Positions 1-8,022 of a stretch of DNA of 64,000 bases are shown here, piece after piece. Source of the DNA: a virus (taxonomy: Duplodnaviria; Caudoviricetes); IMG/VR virus record IMGVR_UViG_3300037067_002302, positions 4,913-68,912 of that record; one strand, given 5' to 3'. The notes below the pieces were generated by a model that was given only the letters and a program-made list of their open reading frames with translations, was not told the origin of the DNA and did no database searches. Position numbers and translations under genes: made by a program. Position 1 is the first letter of the stretch; every line of letters begins with the position of its first letter.

Positions 1-2
1 CA

Positions 3-86
3 TTTGTGGCACTTCACAAGAAATATAACCGCAAAGAGTATTTTAGCGTTCGGCCTATTGAGATTGAGGAAAGGAAAAAGAAATAA
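3..86 (+). CDS. 3' end of an upstream gene (partial, ...FVALHKKYNRKEYFSVRPIEIEERKKK*)
   Basis: Open frame from base 3 to TAA at 84-86, overlapping the ATG of the next gene (TAATG coupling). Confidence 0.5.
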   Translation, partial: FVALHKKYNRKEYFSVRPIEIEERKKK

Positions 87-682
87 TGAGAACAAAGAAA
101 ACGGAAGAAATGACGATAATTCTACCGCAGTTGTCCATTGAGACAATGGAACTAACGCTTACAGGAGACTCACCGCTTATCTGTCATAAATGGAGCGAAA
201 AGGCAAAGAAGGAAATGCTCGCCAAGCAAATGAAACAGCCACAGCAGGCAAAGGAAGCGAAAGACCCTCGACAGGACTATGAAGACTCGCTTTATAAACT
301 CCCTGATGGTGGTTACGGTTTCCCTGCTGTCGCGTTTAAGGCCGCTGCTGTTGATGCTTGCAGTCACATTGACGGCGTGACAAAGGTCACAGCTCGTGGA
401 GCATTTCACATTATCGGCGATATGGTCAAGATAGACGGCGAACCTTCAATGCGCGAAGATATGGTGCGAATAGGCATGGGTACGGCTGACATCCGGTATC
501 GTGGAGAGTTCCGTGAGTGGAGTGCTACATTCATAATTCGTTACAATAAAAACGTTATCTCGCCTGAGCAGATTGTGAACCTGTTCAACACGGCGGGATT
601 TGCTGTTGGAATTGGAGAATGGCGACCGCAGAAGGATGGGTCATTTGGTATGAACTCTGTTGCCAAGTGGAAGAAACTCTGA
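86..682 (+). CDS. Cas7/RAMP-like phage protein (putative Vipr-type RNA-binding effector)
   Basis: 198 aa. N-terminal LTLTGDSPLICHKW strand, GFPAVAFKAA helix motif (compare Cas7/Csm3 IPGSSxKG) and C-terminal glycine-rich loop GFAVGIGEWRPQKDGSFG. Directly followed by a GGY-NN array. Confidence 0.7.
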   Translation: MRTKKTEEMTIILPQLSIETMELTLTGDSPLICHKWSEKAKKEMLAKQMKQPQQAKEAKDPRQDYEDSLYKLPDGGYGFPAVAFKAAAVDACSHIDGVTKVTARGAFHIIGDMVKIDGEPSMREDMVRIGMGTADIRYRGEFREWSATFIIRYNKNVISPEQIVNLFNTAGFAVGIGEWRPQKDGSFGMNSVAKWKKL

Positions 683-694
683 CGAAGTGTGTAT

Positions 695-958
695 GGCAGG
701 CATGGCGCGTTATGTCCTGGTTCGGAGGGGTACGGTAAGGCAGGCGAGGCGAGGGTAGTACGGTGGGTCTAGTCCAGGTAAGTTATGGCAGGCATGGCGA
801 GTTGGGTTGTGGTGTGCTTGGATGGTTCTGGCAAGGCAGGCGGGGCGGGTTCCGGCATGGTCAGGGTGGCCGTAAGAGGCATGGTTTGGCAGGCTAGGCG
901 GGTCGGTATGGGGCGGGTCTTGGTCAGGTGGGGACGGTTCTGGTAGGACATGGCAGGC
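695..958 (+). repeat. GGY-NN pentamer array with six GGCAGGC delimiters (putative guide-RNA array)
   Basis: GGCAGGC at 695, 739, 787, 835, 888 and 952 (spacings 44, 48, 48, 53, 64). Between them is a 5-nt periodicity, e.g. GGC-AT GGC-GC GTT-AT GTC-CT GGT-TC GGA-GG GGT-AC GGT-AA. No credible + strand ORF. Confidence 0.85.
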
Positions 959-1075
959 GAGTCACAAGCGTAGGGTGCATAGTTAGTGCCTTTGCCCTCC
1001 AAAAATTCAGGTTGGCGAATTGCAACCGGTTTAACTAGCAAGATAGCAGATGGGACAGAAGGGAGTAGTTGGAGA

Positions 1076-1426
1076 ATGACGATTACAATATCAGAAGTGA
1101 AGCGTAAATGTATGATTCTGCCCGCTGACACGATTTATGATACATCAATCGGTAATCTTATAGCCGAGATGTTGCCAGCGTTGGAATATACACTTGCCGA
1201 TGCTTATCTATCGGATACAGGGAATCTGAATCTACAGGCGGCTCTCAATCTAGGTATGCTTGAGATTATATCGGGCGAATTCCTTCATCAATTGAGCAGG
1301 GAAATGCGTTGTGATAAAGAATTTTCAGTGGGCGGACTTGCCCTAGAAGAGATAGGTGAGCGTGGGCGGGAATTGATAAAGCAGGGAGCATCCAGGCTGG
1401 CTCCATTCCTAAGGACGGTTCGATAG
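1076..1426 (+). CDS. Head-tail connector/adaptor-like protein (gp6/gp15-like), orphan copy
   Basis: 116 aa from ATG 1076 (track ORF 986-1426). MTITISEVKRKCMILPADTIYDTSIGNLIAEM resembles the N-terminus of helical head-tail adaptors. Resemblance from memory only. Confidence 0.4.
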   Translation: MTITISEVKRKCMILPADTIYDTSIGNLIAEMLPALEYTLADAYLSDTGNLNLQAALNLGMLEIISGEFLHQLSREMRCDKEFSVGGLALEEIGERGRELIKQGASRLAPFLRTVR

Positions 1427-1428
1427 AC

Positions 1429-1503
1429 TTTGCCGCCCAATAAATAAACCCGCTGACGGCTCAGGGTGGCAAAACGGGAGGCTGGTTGGGCGACTGGCCT
1501 CCC
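1429..1503 (+). terminator. Two hairpins after the RAMP/array/connector unit
   Basis: TTTGCCGCCC/GGGTGGCAAA (1429-1473) and GGGAGGC/GCCTCCC (1476-1503). Confidence 0.4.
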
Positions 1504-1517
1504 AACTTAACAAAAAA

Positions 1518-1547
1518 TTGACAATCATACATTCCACCTGGTATAAT
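1518..1547 (+). promoter_or_regulatory. Sigma70-type promoter
   Basis: TTGACA-N18-TATAAT with extended -10 TG. Confidence 0.8.
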
Positions 1548-1554
1548 GGAACTA

Positions 1555-1707
1555 GCGAAAACAAGAACAGTTAAATGAGCGGCGCTTTTTTATTAGGTAG
1601 TCTTATAACGGCTGTCCATACCACTAAAACGGTCATGGACATAAATGGCGGGCTTGTACGGCTGTTCTTGTTTTCGCAAATAAGGCGCGGCTCAGTGCAG
1701 GCCCGCC
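1555..1707 (+). ncRNA. C4-like antisense RNA cassette 1 plus downstream target sites
   Basis: Perfect 16-bp closing stem 1555-1570/1662-1677. Internal TGAGCGGCGC and GGCGGGCTTGTAC are complementary to downstream GCGCGGCTCA (1685-1694) and GTGCAGGCCCGCC (1695-1707). Confidence 0.7.
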
Positions 1708-1726
1708 GTTTTATGTACAGAGGTAG

Positions 1727-2470
1727 ATGTTATGCCATATAAGGACAAGGAAAAAACGCCGCGAACATGATAAACAGTGGAGAGACAACAATCGTGAAAA
1801 GATAAGGAAATATCAAAAGAAATATAGAGATAATAATCCCGATAAAATAAAAGAGAGGTTGAGGGTTTACCGAGATACTCACTTACAAGAAATGCGGGAA
1901 TATTCAAAACGTTGTCGGGAAGCACATCTAGATTGCATCAAAGAACGCCAGAGGTGTTATCGCGAGGCAAATCGTGAACGCATAAATGAATCGCGAAAAC
2001 GTTGGCGCAAGTTACATTCCGAACAATATAATAAAAAACATTGCGAAGAATCGAAATGTTACCGGAAGGCACACCCAGAACAAAATAAGCTCTGGCGCAA
2101 GGCACATCCAGAGCGAATTAAAGAATATACGAGGCGTTATCATGAGTCGCATCCTAATAATTATCGCAATTGGCAAAAGGCAAACGCTGATATATGCCGA
2201 GCAAACAATCATCGCAGGCGGGCCAGGTTCACAGAAGTAGAAAATACTCTTACTGTCAAAGAATGGCAAATCATAAAAGATACTTATAAGCACAAGTGTG
2301 TCTACTGCGGCAAGAAGCTGAAGAACCTGACGATGGATCATGTCATACCAATCTCGAAAGGTGGAGGGCATACCAAGGAGAATGTAGTGCCCGCTTGTAA
2401 GTCATGTAATTCTCGTAAGCGAGATCGTGAAGCACCCGCATTTCAGAGAGCGTTATTATACGCTGAATAA
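1727..2470 (+). CDS. HNH endonuclease with long charged helical-repeat N-terminus
   Basis: C-terminal CVYCG...TMDHVIPISKGGGHTKENVVPACKSCNSRK. N-terminal W/YRxxNxE repeats. Confidence 0.85.
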   Translation: MLCHIRTRKKRREHDKQWRDNNREKIRKYQKKYRDNNPDKIKERLRVYRDTHLQEMREYSKRCREAHLDCIKERQRCYREANRERINESRKRWRKLHSEQYNKKHCEESKCYRKAHPEQNKLWRKAHPERIKEYTRRYHESHPNNYRNWQKANADICRANNHRRRARFTEVENTLTVKEWQIIKDTYKHKCVYCGKKLKNLTMDHVIPISKGGGHTKENVVPACKSCNSRKRDREAPAFQRALLYAE

Positions 2471-2481
2471 GGAGTGGAAAT

Positions 2482-2724
2482 ATGAGATGTAAAACTTGTG
2501 AAAACACCATCCAGAATGTACCGGCGCACCTGCGGGATGCTGCGACCTGGATATGCCATCGGTGCTCGTGCAGCGACCATACGACTGTAGTTGCCGCAAT
2601 GGTCAGGGCGGATGAGATAGAGGCCGACAAGCATCGCCACAATGGCAAAAAGCGCGGCAAGCCGATAACTATTGCGCCGAGAGGTGCAGGGATACCGACG
2701 TGTAGGCCGAGAGGAAAGGTATGA
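2482..2724 (+). CDS. Hypothetical Zn-binding protein
   Basis: CxxC...CxxC; RBS GGAG; operon packing. Confidence 0.55.
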   Translation: MRCKTCENTIQNVPAHLRDAATWICHRCSCSDHTTVVAAMVRADEIEADKHRHNGKKRGKPITIAPRGAGIPTCRPRGKV

Positions 2725-2921
2725 AATATACAAAAGCAAAACTTGAGAGGATGTTGTCACTCCTACTTGATCGTTCGGTATTCATACCTTGTAAGCATTG
2801 TATTTGCAGCGATGACAAAGGTCACTGTGAATATCTTTTTGCTGGGTCTTGCCCGCAGTCTATTTGCGCCAAACTTGAAAGACTGGCTGATGAAGCGGCG
2901 AAGAAAGGTGGTGTGAAATAG
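2721..2921 (+). CDS. Hypothetical Cys-rich protein
   Basis: ATGA overlap; RBS GAGGAAAGG. Confidence 0.6.
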   Translation: MKYTKAKLERMLSLLLDRSVFIPCKHCICSDDKGHCEYLFAGSCPQSICAKLERLADEAAKKGGVK

Positions 2922-2922
2922 A

Positions 2923-3147
2923 ATGCGAATCGTTATAGATGGCACAGAGATTGGTTTTGCCATACAGACGAAAGATGATCTCGTGAAGTGTATCGAAGAG
3001 TGTAAAGATAGGGTTGTGAATGAGATATATAGCAATCTCTCAAACGAAGAAATACGTGACGTTCTCGTATCGAGCGAATACCGTGTGGGAGAACGCTTGA
3101 TAATGGAAGCAGGCAATAGATTAATGGAAGGTGGTGTGAAAAAGTGA
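2923..3147 (+). CDS. Hypothetical protein
   Basis: Operon packing; ends GGVKK like the previous gene (GGVK). Confidence 0.6.
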   Translation: MRIVIDGTEIGFAIQTKDDLVKCIEECKDRVVNEIYSNLSNEEIRDVLVSSEYRVGERLIMEAGNRLMEGGVKK

Positions 3148-3323
3148 GCATTAAGGAAAGAGGCTTTGCCTCAATGGACGCGGATAAGCAGCGCGAGATA
3201 GCGCGTAAGGGCGGTCGATCCGCGCATGAGAAGGGAACGGCCCATGAGTGGGACAGTGAGGAAGCCAAGGCAGCCGGACGTAAGGGCGGCGAAGCGAAGA
3301 GAGCCAAGAACGGTACGGCTTAA
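3144..3323 (+). CDS. KGG-repeat (general stress protein, YciG/Con-10-like) small protein
   Basis: 59 aa from GTG, not in track: MSIKERGFASMDADKQREIARKGGRSAHEKGTAHEWDSEEAKAAGRKGGEAKRAKNGTA. Confidence 0.85.
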   Translation: MSIKERGFASMDADKQREIARKGGRSAHEKGTAHEWDSEEAKAAGRKGGEAKRAKNGTA

Positions 3324-3368
3324 TTTTTTTTGGCACTAAGGTTGAGGCTGTGGGTGTGGGTGTGGAAA

Positions 3369-3638
3369 ATGAGTGATTGTACGCGTTGTGGTAAATGTTG
3401 CCGCGAAGAAGTCTGTTTTATAGGGAGAATGGCATTGCTCTCAGATAAAACACCTTGCCCTGCGCTGTATCAGGAAGGTGACGGAAAATATTCATGCGCA
3501 TTTGTCTCTTTCGAGAGGGATATGGGAGTGGAGCCGTTAATAGCTGAAAGCCTTGGTATCGGTAAGGGATGCACCTACAATTGTGAGTTTGTAGAACTTG
3601 AGCAGCATGGACAAATAGCACTTAGTATTGATTGTTGA
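3369..3638 (+). CDS. Cys-rich protein (CxxCGxCC; YkgJ-like metal cluster)
   Basis: MSDCTRCGKCCREEVC...CPAL...CAF...GKGC. Confidence 0.55.
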   Translation: MSDCTRCGKCCREEVCFIGRMALLSDKTPCPALYQEGDGKYSCAFVSFERDMGVEPLIAESLGIGKGCTYNCEFVELEQHGQIALSIDC

Positions 3639-3665
3639 CGGGCGGCGGGAGCGGTCAGGAAATGC

Positions 3666-3695
3666 TTGACAGTTGAGCGCGGGATGCGCTAAAAT
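3666..3695 (+). promoter_or_regulatory. Sigma70-type promoter
   Basis: TTGACA-N18-TAAAAT. Confidence 0.7.
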
Positions 3696-3702
3696 ATATG
3701 TA

Positions 3703-3856
3703 GCGAATAGAAGGACGGTTTAAGGATGAGCCGCTTTTTTAATGTAAAATTTAATATTAGTCATGCCATTACACCTGAGATAGTAGTGGCATTCAATGGC
3801 GAGTTTGCAGAACCTCCTTCTATTCGCGTATTAGGGCGGCTCATTGCAGACTCGCC
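3703..3856 (+). ncRNA. C4-like antisense RNA cassette 2 plus downstream target sites
   Basis: Perfect 13-bp closing stem 3703-3715/3815-3827. Internal ATGAGCCGC (3726-3734) and GGCGAGTTTGCA (3798-3809) are complementary to GCGGCTCAT (3836-3844) and TGCAGACTCGCC (3845-3856). Confidence 0.7.
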
Positions 3857-3888
3857 TTTATTTATTGTACGGGTGTGGGGGTTAAGGG

Positions 3889-4734
3889 ATGGCTAGGAAA
3901 AGAATGATTGATCCTTCGATATGGGATGATGAGGATGTGGGATCGCTTTCAGATGGAGCATTTAGAGTTTTTGTTGCCTGCTTTTCAAATGCGGATGATG
4001 AGGGACGCTTAGAAGCATCCCCTCGGAGAATTAAGGGAATTGCATTTGGTTTTAAGGATTCAGTAACAATTGAGGATGTCGAGAATTATCTTTTGGAGTG
4101 TGCGAATGGTATCCGATCATTCGTCTACTATTCGTCGAATGATCGTCGAATAGTAGAATTACGAAACTGGCACACTTATCAAAAAATAGACCGTCCCCAA
4201 GCTTCAAAGTTACCTAAATACGATGAGAATTCGGTAATCGTCGAACGTTCGACGAATGATCGACGAATGATCGACGACCGTTCGTCTGTAATAGAAAAGA
4301 ATAGAATAGAACAGAATAGAAGTAGTAGAAGTGCCGCAATTGCTTTCGATGCTAGCGTACCAGGAGACCCGGACAACAACCCCCACTCTTGTTTTATACA
4401 ACTTATAAACATACACCCGACGGGAGCCGACACCCAAGGTATATCCACATGTATGAAACTTCACGGCAATGAGATAACCATCGAGGCCATCCGCGAAGGA
4501 GGATTACAAGGTAAAGACCGTTGGAGTTATATAGCAAAGGACATTCTGCCAGGGATTATTGAGGCGCATAAACAATCCGAACTCAATGATTATACCGCCG
4601 ATGGCACATACAAGCCGCGCAAACCGTCACCAGGCATGAAGTTAGTTGAAGCTAATTTAGAGTTAGAACGAAAGCATCTTGCGAGATTGGAGGCTAAACG
4701 TCTTGAGCAGCAAGAAAAACGCGACACCGAATGA
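3889..4734 (+). CDS. Phage replication initiator / replisome organiser
   Basis: MARKRMIDPSIW...ADDEGRL N-terminus typical of phage initiators; contains iterons; precedes DnaB. Confidence 0.75.
   Translation: MARKRMIDPSIWDDEDVGSLSDGAFRVFVACFSNADDEGRLEASPRRIKGIAFGFKDSVTIEDVENYLLECANGIRSFVYYSSNDRRIVELRNWHTYQKIDRPQASKLPKYDENSVIVERSTNDRRMIDDRSSVIEKNRIEQNRSSRSAAIAFDASVPGDPDNNPHSCFIQLINIHPTGADTQGISTCMKLHGNEITIEAIREGGLQGKDRWSYIAKDILPGIIEAHKQSELNDYTADGTYKPRKPSPGMKLVEANLELERKHLARLEAKRLEQQEKRDTE
4132..4331. repeat. Putative replication origin iterons inside the initiator gene
   Basis: 11-bp TCG(T/A)CGAAYGN-like units at 4132, 4143, 4238, 4249, 4260 and 4271, then an AATAG-rich purine tract at 4290-4331. 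Confidence 0.65.
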
Positions 4735-4744
4735 AATAGCCTCT

Positions 4745-6094
4745 ATGGGTTATGAACCTCCGAACAACATTGACGCGGAGCAATGCGTGCTTAGTGCAAT
4801 GATGCTTGATACGAAAGCCATACCCGTAGTTGCTTCAATGATCGGAAAGAATGATTTTTACAGGCCAGCTCATGGAGAAATATACGAGGCTATTTGGGCG
4901 CTATTTCAAGAGAAAAAGCCCGCCGACACAATTATGGTTCAGGAGGAGTTGAGAAAGCGCGGCATCCTCGATGAATGCGGCGGACAAGAATATCTCATGG
5001 CGATAATATATCAGCTTCCTTCTTCATCAAGGGCGGAATATTATGCTGAGATCGTTAAGGACAAGTCTGAACTGAGGGAACTTGCCAAGCTCGGTCGTGA
5101 AATACATGCCGATTGTTTCTTGACCAACACGACCGCCGCCGAATCGAGGGAAATGGCGATAACAAAACTACTGTCACTCAATAACAAAACAGCGCGTAGC
5201 GGACTCGTAAAAGTGGCTGAGGTCGTCACGGAGGTACATGAAGACATAGATAAAGCCGTCAGTGGTGAGAGTTTACCACTTGGACTAATGACCGGTATCA
5301 GGTCGGTTGATTCTATCACCACAGGCTTACAGGTCGGCTTGAATGTCATCGCGGCAAGGCCAAGCGCCGGTAAAACCGCGTTGATGCTTCAGATAGCGCG
5401 TAATAATAATGTCCCTATTGCATTCTTCAGCCTTGAAACTACCGCAAAGCAACTCGTAAGGAGGCTTATCACGGCGGGAACGGGTGTAAGTAATTATCAG
5501 ATGCGGCGCGGATTTCTCGACGAAGAAGAAATCAATATTGTTACCGACACCGTAAACACGATTTATAACATGCCATTCTATATTTACGATAAAGGATGCG
5601 ATATAAGCCGAATCATCGCTATGAGTAACCGCGCTAAACTCCAATATGGGATCGGCGCGGTAATGGTGGATTACTTACAACTCATCACGACAAGAGGCAA
5701 TTTCGGCTCGCGGGAACAGGAAGTGACCTATATAGCGCGTTCACTGCATGATTTGTCAATGCAGTTGGATATTCCAGTTATTGCCGCAAGTCAGTTAAAG
5801 CGACTACCCGAAGCGCGAAGAATGTCTAAACCATCCAAGGATGATTTACGCGAATCAGGTGAGATTGAAGCTGTTGCGTATTGTGTCATCCTACTGCACA
5901 ATCCTAAGCCTGAAATAGACGAAGGCAGTCCAAGGGATGCTTCTATTATAATCGCCAAATACAAAGACGGTACGACAAGCGATGTAGATGTTAAGTGGGA
6001 GGGCAAGCGGATAACATTTTACGATATTGAAACCAGACACGAGGAGGATCAATCGGATGCAGAAGACAAGCGAACCGCCTATTGGCGAAAATAG
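4745..6094 (+). CDS. dnaB: Replicative DNA helicase
   Basis: PPNNIDAEQCVL N-terminus, Walker A AARPSAGKT, VMVDYLQL, SQLKR, DLRESGEIE. Start may be upstream (track 4679). Confidence 0.95.
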   Translation: MGYEPPNNIDAEQCVLSAMMLDTKAIPVVASMIGKNDFYRPAHGEIYEAIWALFQEKKPADTIMVQEELRKRGILDECGGQEYLMAIIYQLPSSSRAEYYAEIVKDKSELRELAKLGREIHADCFLTNTTAAESREMAITKLLSLNNKTARSGLVKVAEVVTEVHEDIDKAVSGESLPLGLMTGIRSVDSITTGLQVGLNVIAARPSAGKTALMLQIARNNNVPIAFFSLETTAKQLVRRLITAGTGVSNYQMRRGFLDEEEINIVTDTVNTIYNMPFYIYDKGCDISRIIAMSNRAKLQYGIGAVMVDYLQLITTRGNFGSREQEVTYIARSLHDLSMQLDIPVIAASQLKRLPEARRMSKPSKDDLRESGEIEAVAYCVILLHNPKPEIDEGSPRDASIIIAKYKDGTTSDVDVKWEGKRITFYDIETRHEEDQSDAEDKRTAYWRK

Positions 6095-6245
6095 CACACT
6101 CAAGCTGGTTATCCATACGCAGTTTGGGTTGATAACATTCGAGACTGACGACAAGGATGAGATTAACGCCGCTATTACAGCAATAGCGGACTGTCGGAGG
6201 GAACGGCAGAAGGGTTTGGATAGCAGGAAAGAGCAGGCAGCGTGA
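6027..6245 (+). CDS. Hypothetical protein
   Basis: 72 aa overlapping the dnaB end; start uncertain. Confidence 0.4.
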   Translation: MKPDTRRINRMQKTSEPPIGENSTLKLVIHTQFGLITFETDDKDEINAAITAIADCRRERQKGLDSRKEQAA

Positions 6246-6261
6246 ATGAAAGGATTGAGAT

Positions 6262-6735
6262 ATGAATAAATTGCAATACAAGCGATGGAAAGAGTTTGCT
6301 ACCGGCATGGCAAAGAATTATCCGAATGCCACCGAGAGGCGTAGGCAAAGATTGCTGGCAGAGGTCAATAATTGGTTCGGTTGGCATGATGACGGTAGTT
6401 GGAAATATTACGTTTCTTGGGATGTAAGCCGCAAGATTCATAAGGATGATAGGTATAGTGCTAATTTGTGTTGTGACATCTTCAAAGAATCCTTCGAGAA
6501 ATACAATCATTACGATGAGGACTGCGATCGTTACGAAGAAGGTAAATTTTGGACTCAGTTGGCTTGTTGTATTCGCGCCGGATTGGATTGCGCCGCCGAG
6601 CCAAAAACAGGTGTTATTGGATTTACAATATCAGACCTAAAGAGTTTTTTCAATGAATCCATACCAAAGTGGATTTCAATATCGTTTGGCACAAATCTAA
6701 ATAAATGTGACCCAAGCGAGAGTATTTGGCTTTAA
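6262..6735 (+). CDS. Hypothetical protein
   Basis: 157 aa; operon context. Confidence 0.7.
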   Translation: MNKLQYKRWKEFATGMAKNYPNATERRRQRLLAEVNNWFGWHDDGSWKYYVSWDVSRKIHKDDRYSANLCCDIFKESFEKYNHYDEDCDRYEEGKFWTQLACCIRAGLDCAAEPKTGVIGFTISDLKSFFNESIPKWISISFGTNLNKCDPSESIWL

Positions 6736-6791
6736 TGATAGTGGTTCATTACGAGAAAATGAGCAGGCGGATAGAAAGGAATTGAGCAAAT

Positions 6792-7043
6792 ATGATCTAT
6801 GTGACACTAACGGACGCAGAAGGCCGGTTGGCTGGACGAATCACCTTATGGAATGACGGAACCGGCACGCCCGAAAAAGGAAACTACGTCTGCAAAATAA
6901 TACGTAAAAGTGGAGATTTTATCCAAGTAAATATTGAGGGATTTGATCGAGTCAATAACGACGCGATAGACCTGCTACGCGAGGCGTTAAACGCAGGCGG
7001 CGTGAGGTCGGTGAGGATTGAGGAGGAGAAGCAAGATGGGTAA
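6792..7043 (+). CDS. Hypothetical protein
   Basis: GRITLWNDGTGTPEKGNY motif reminiscent of small phage proteins. Confidence 0.65.
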   Translation: MIYVTLTDAEGRLAGRITLWNDGTGTPEKGNYVCKIIRKSGDFIQVNIEGFDRVNNDAIDLLREALNAGGVRSVRIEEEKQDG

Positions 7044-8022
7044 GACGAAAATCCCGTGGGTTAAGAACACTGATGGATCGCAAGGCGAAACGCTGAACGT
7101 TAATGTCGGATGCACACCGATAGCTTCAGGTTGTAGAAACTGTTGGAGTGAAGATTTGCATGAAAAGCGCCATAAAGCGTATCTCGCGGGTAAGCTCCAG
7201 AACTGCCCGCAGTATGCCAGGCCGTTCTCGACAATTCAGTTTTTTCCTGAGCGGCTGGAGATACCGCTTCGGCGCAGAAAGCCGACGACATACTTCATTA
7301 ATTCGGTCAGTGATCTGTTTCATCCTGACGTGCCGGATGAGTATATTGATGAAGTTCTAGCTCGCGTTTTACTTTGCCAGAGACATACGTTCATAGTTCT
7401 TACTAAAAGAGTTGCGCGTATGCAAGAATACCTCTCGGATACTGAACGTATGGGAATGGTCTACCAAGAAGCTGATGACCATGTTTGGAGTGAAGGGATA
7501 AATCCATCCGAACGAAATAAAATGATGATTGAGCATACGCCTGAATCTGAAATTGAATGGCAGGGTGATATGGCATTCGGACTTCGGGAGGTATGGCCAC
7601 TCCCGAACCTCATCCTCGGAACCTCGGTATCCACACAGCCCGAAGCAGACGAGAACATAAAATATCTACTCCAGATACCGGCTGCCTGCAGGATCGTGAG
7701 TATTGAACCGATGCTGGAGGCCGTGAATTTGATGAGGTTGGAAACAAGCACAGGATGGGTTAATGCATTATATGGTTTTTCGCAATATGTTAGCCGCGGC
7801 GAATCACTCGACGGAATCATTTGTGGCTGTGAAAGTGGCAAGAAACGCCGACCGTTCAATGAGGACTGGGCGCGTCGATTGCGTGATGAATGTCACGCGG
7901 CAGGCTGCGACTTCTTCTACAAACAGGGAATTCAAGGCGGCAAGCTGGTTCGCATGCCTCTTCTCGATGGAGTACTGCACGACTCGCTCCCGTGGGTGGC
8001 GAAGGCGGAGGTATCCAAGTGA
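7036..8022 (+). CDS. Phage Gp37/Gp68 (DUF5131) family protein
   Basis: KTKIPW, GCTPIASGCRNCW, FINSVSDLFHP, RHTFIVLTKR, PNLILGTSV, VSIEPML, IICGCESG, FFYKQ. Confidence 0.9.
   Translation: MGKTKIPWVKNTDGSQGETLNVNVGCTPIASGCRNCWSEDLHEKRHKAYLAGKLQNCPQYARPFSTIQFFPERLEIPLRRRKPTTYFINSVSDLFHPDVPDEYIDEVLARVLLCQRHTFIVLTKRVARMQEYLSDTERMGMVYQEADDHVWSEGINPSERNKMMIEHTPESEIEWQGDMAFGLREVWPLPNLILGTSVSTQPEADENIKYLLQIPAACRIVSIEPMLEAVNLMRLETSTGWVNALYGFSQYVSRGESLDGIICGCESGKKRRPFNEDWARRLRDECHAAGCDFFYKQGIQGGKLVRMPLLDGVLHDSLPWVAKAEVSK

Noticed and set aside
695-958. Canonical CRISPR array
   Set aside because: No 23-50 bp identical repeats with unique spacers. The constant element is 7 bp plus a 5-nt periodicity, and there are no cas1/cas2 genes.
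769-1131. Minus-strand 120-aa ORF over the array
   Set aside because: Pro/Thr-rich shadow of the G-rich repeat, antisense to the operon, no motif.
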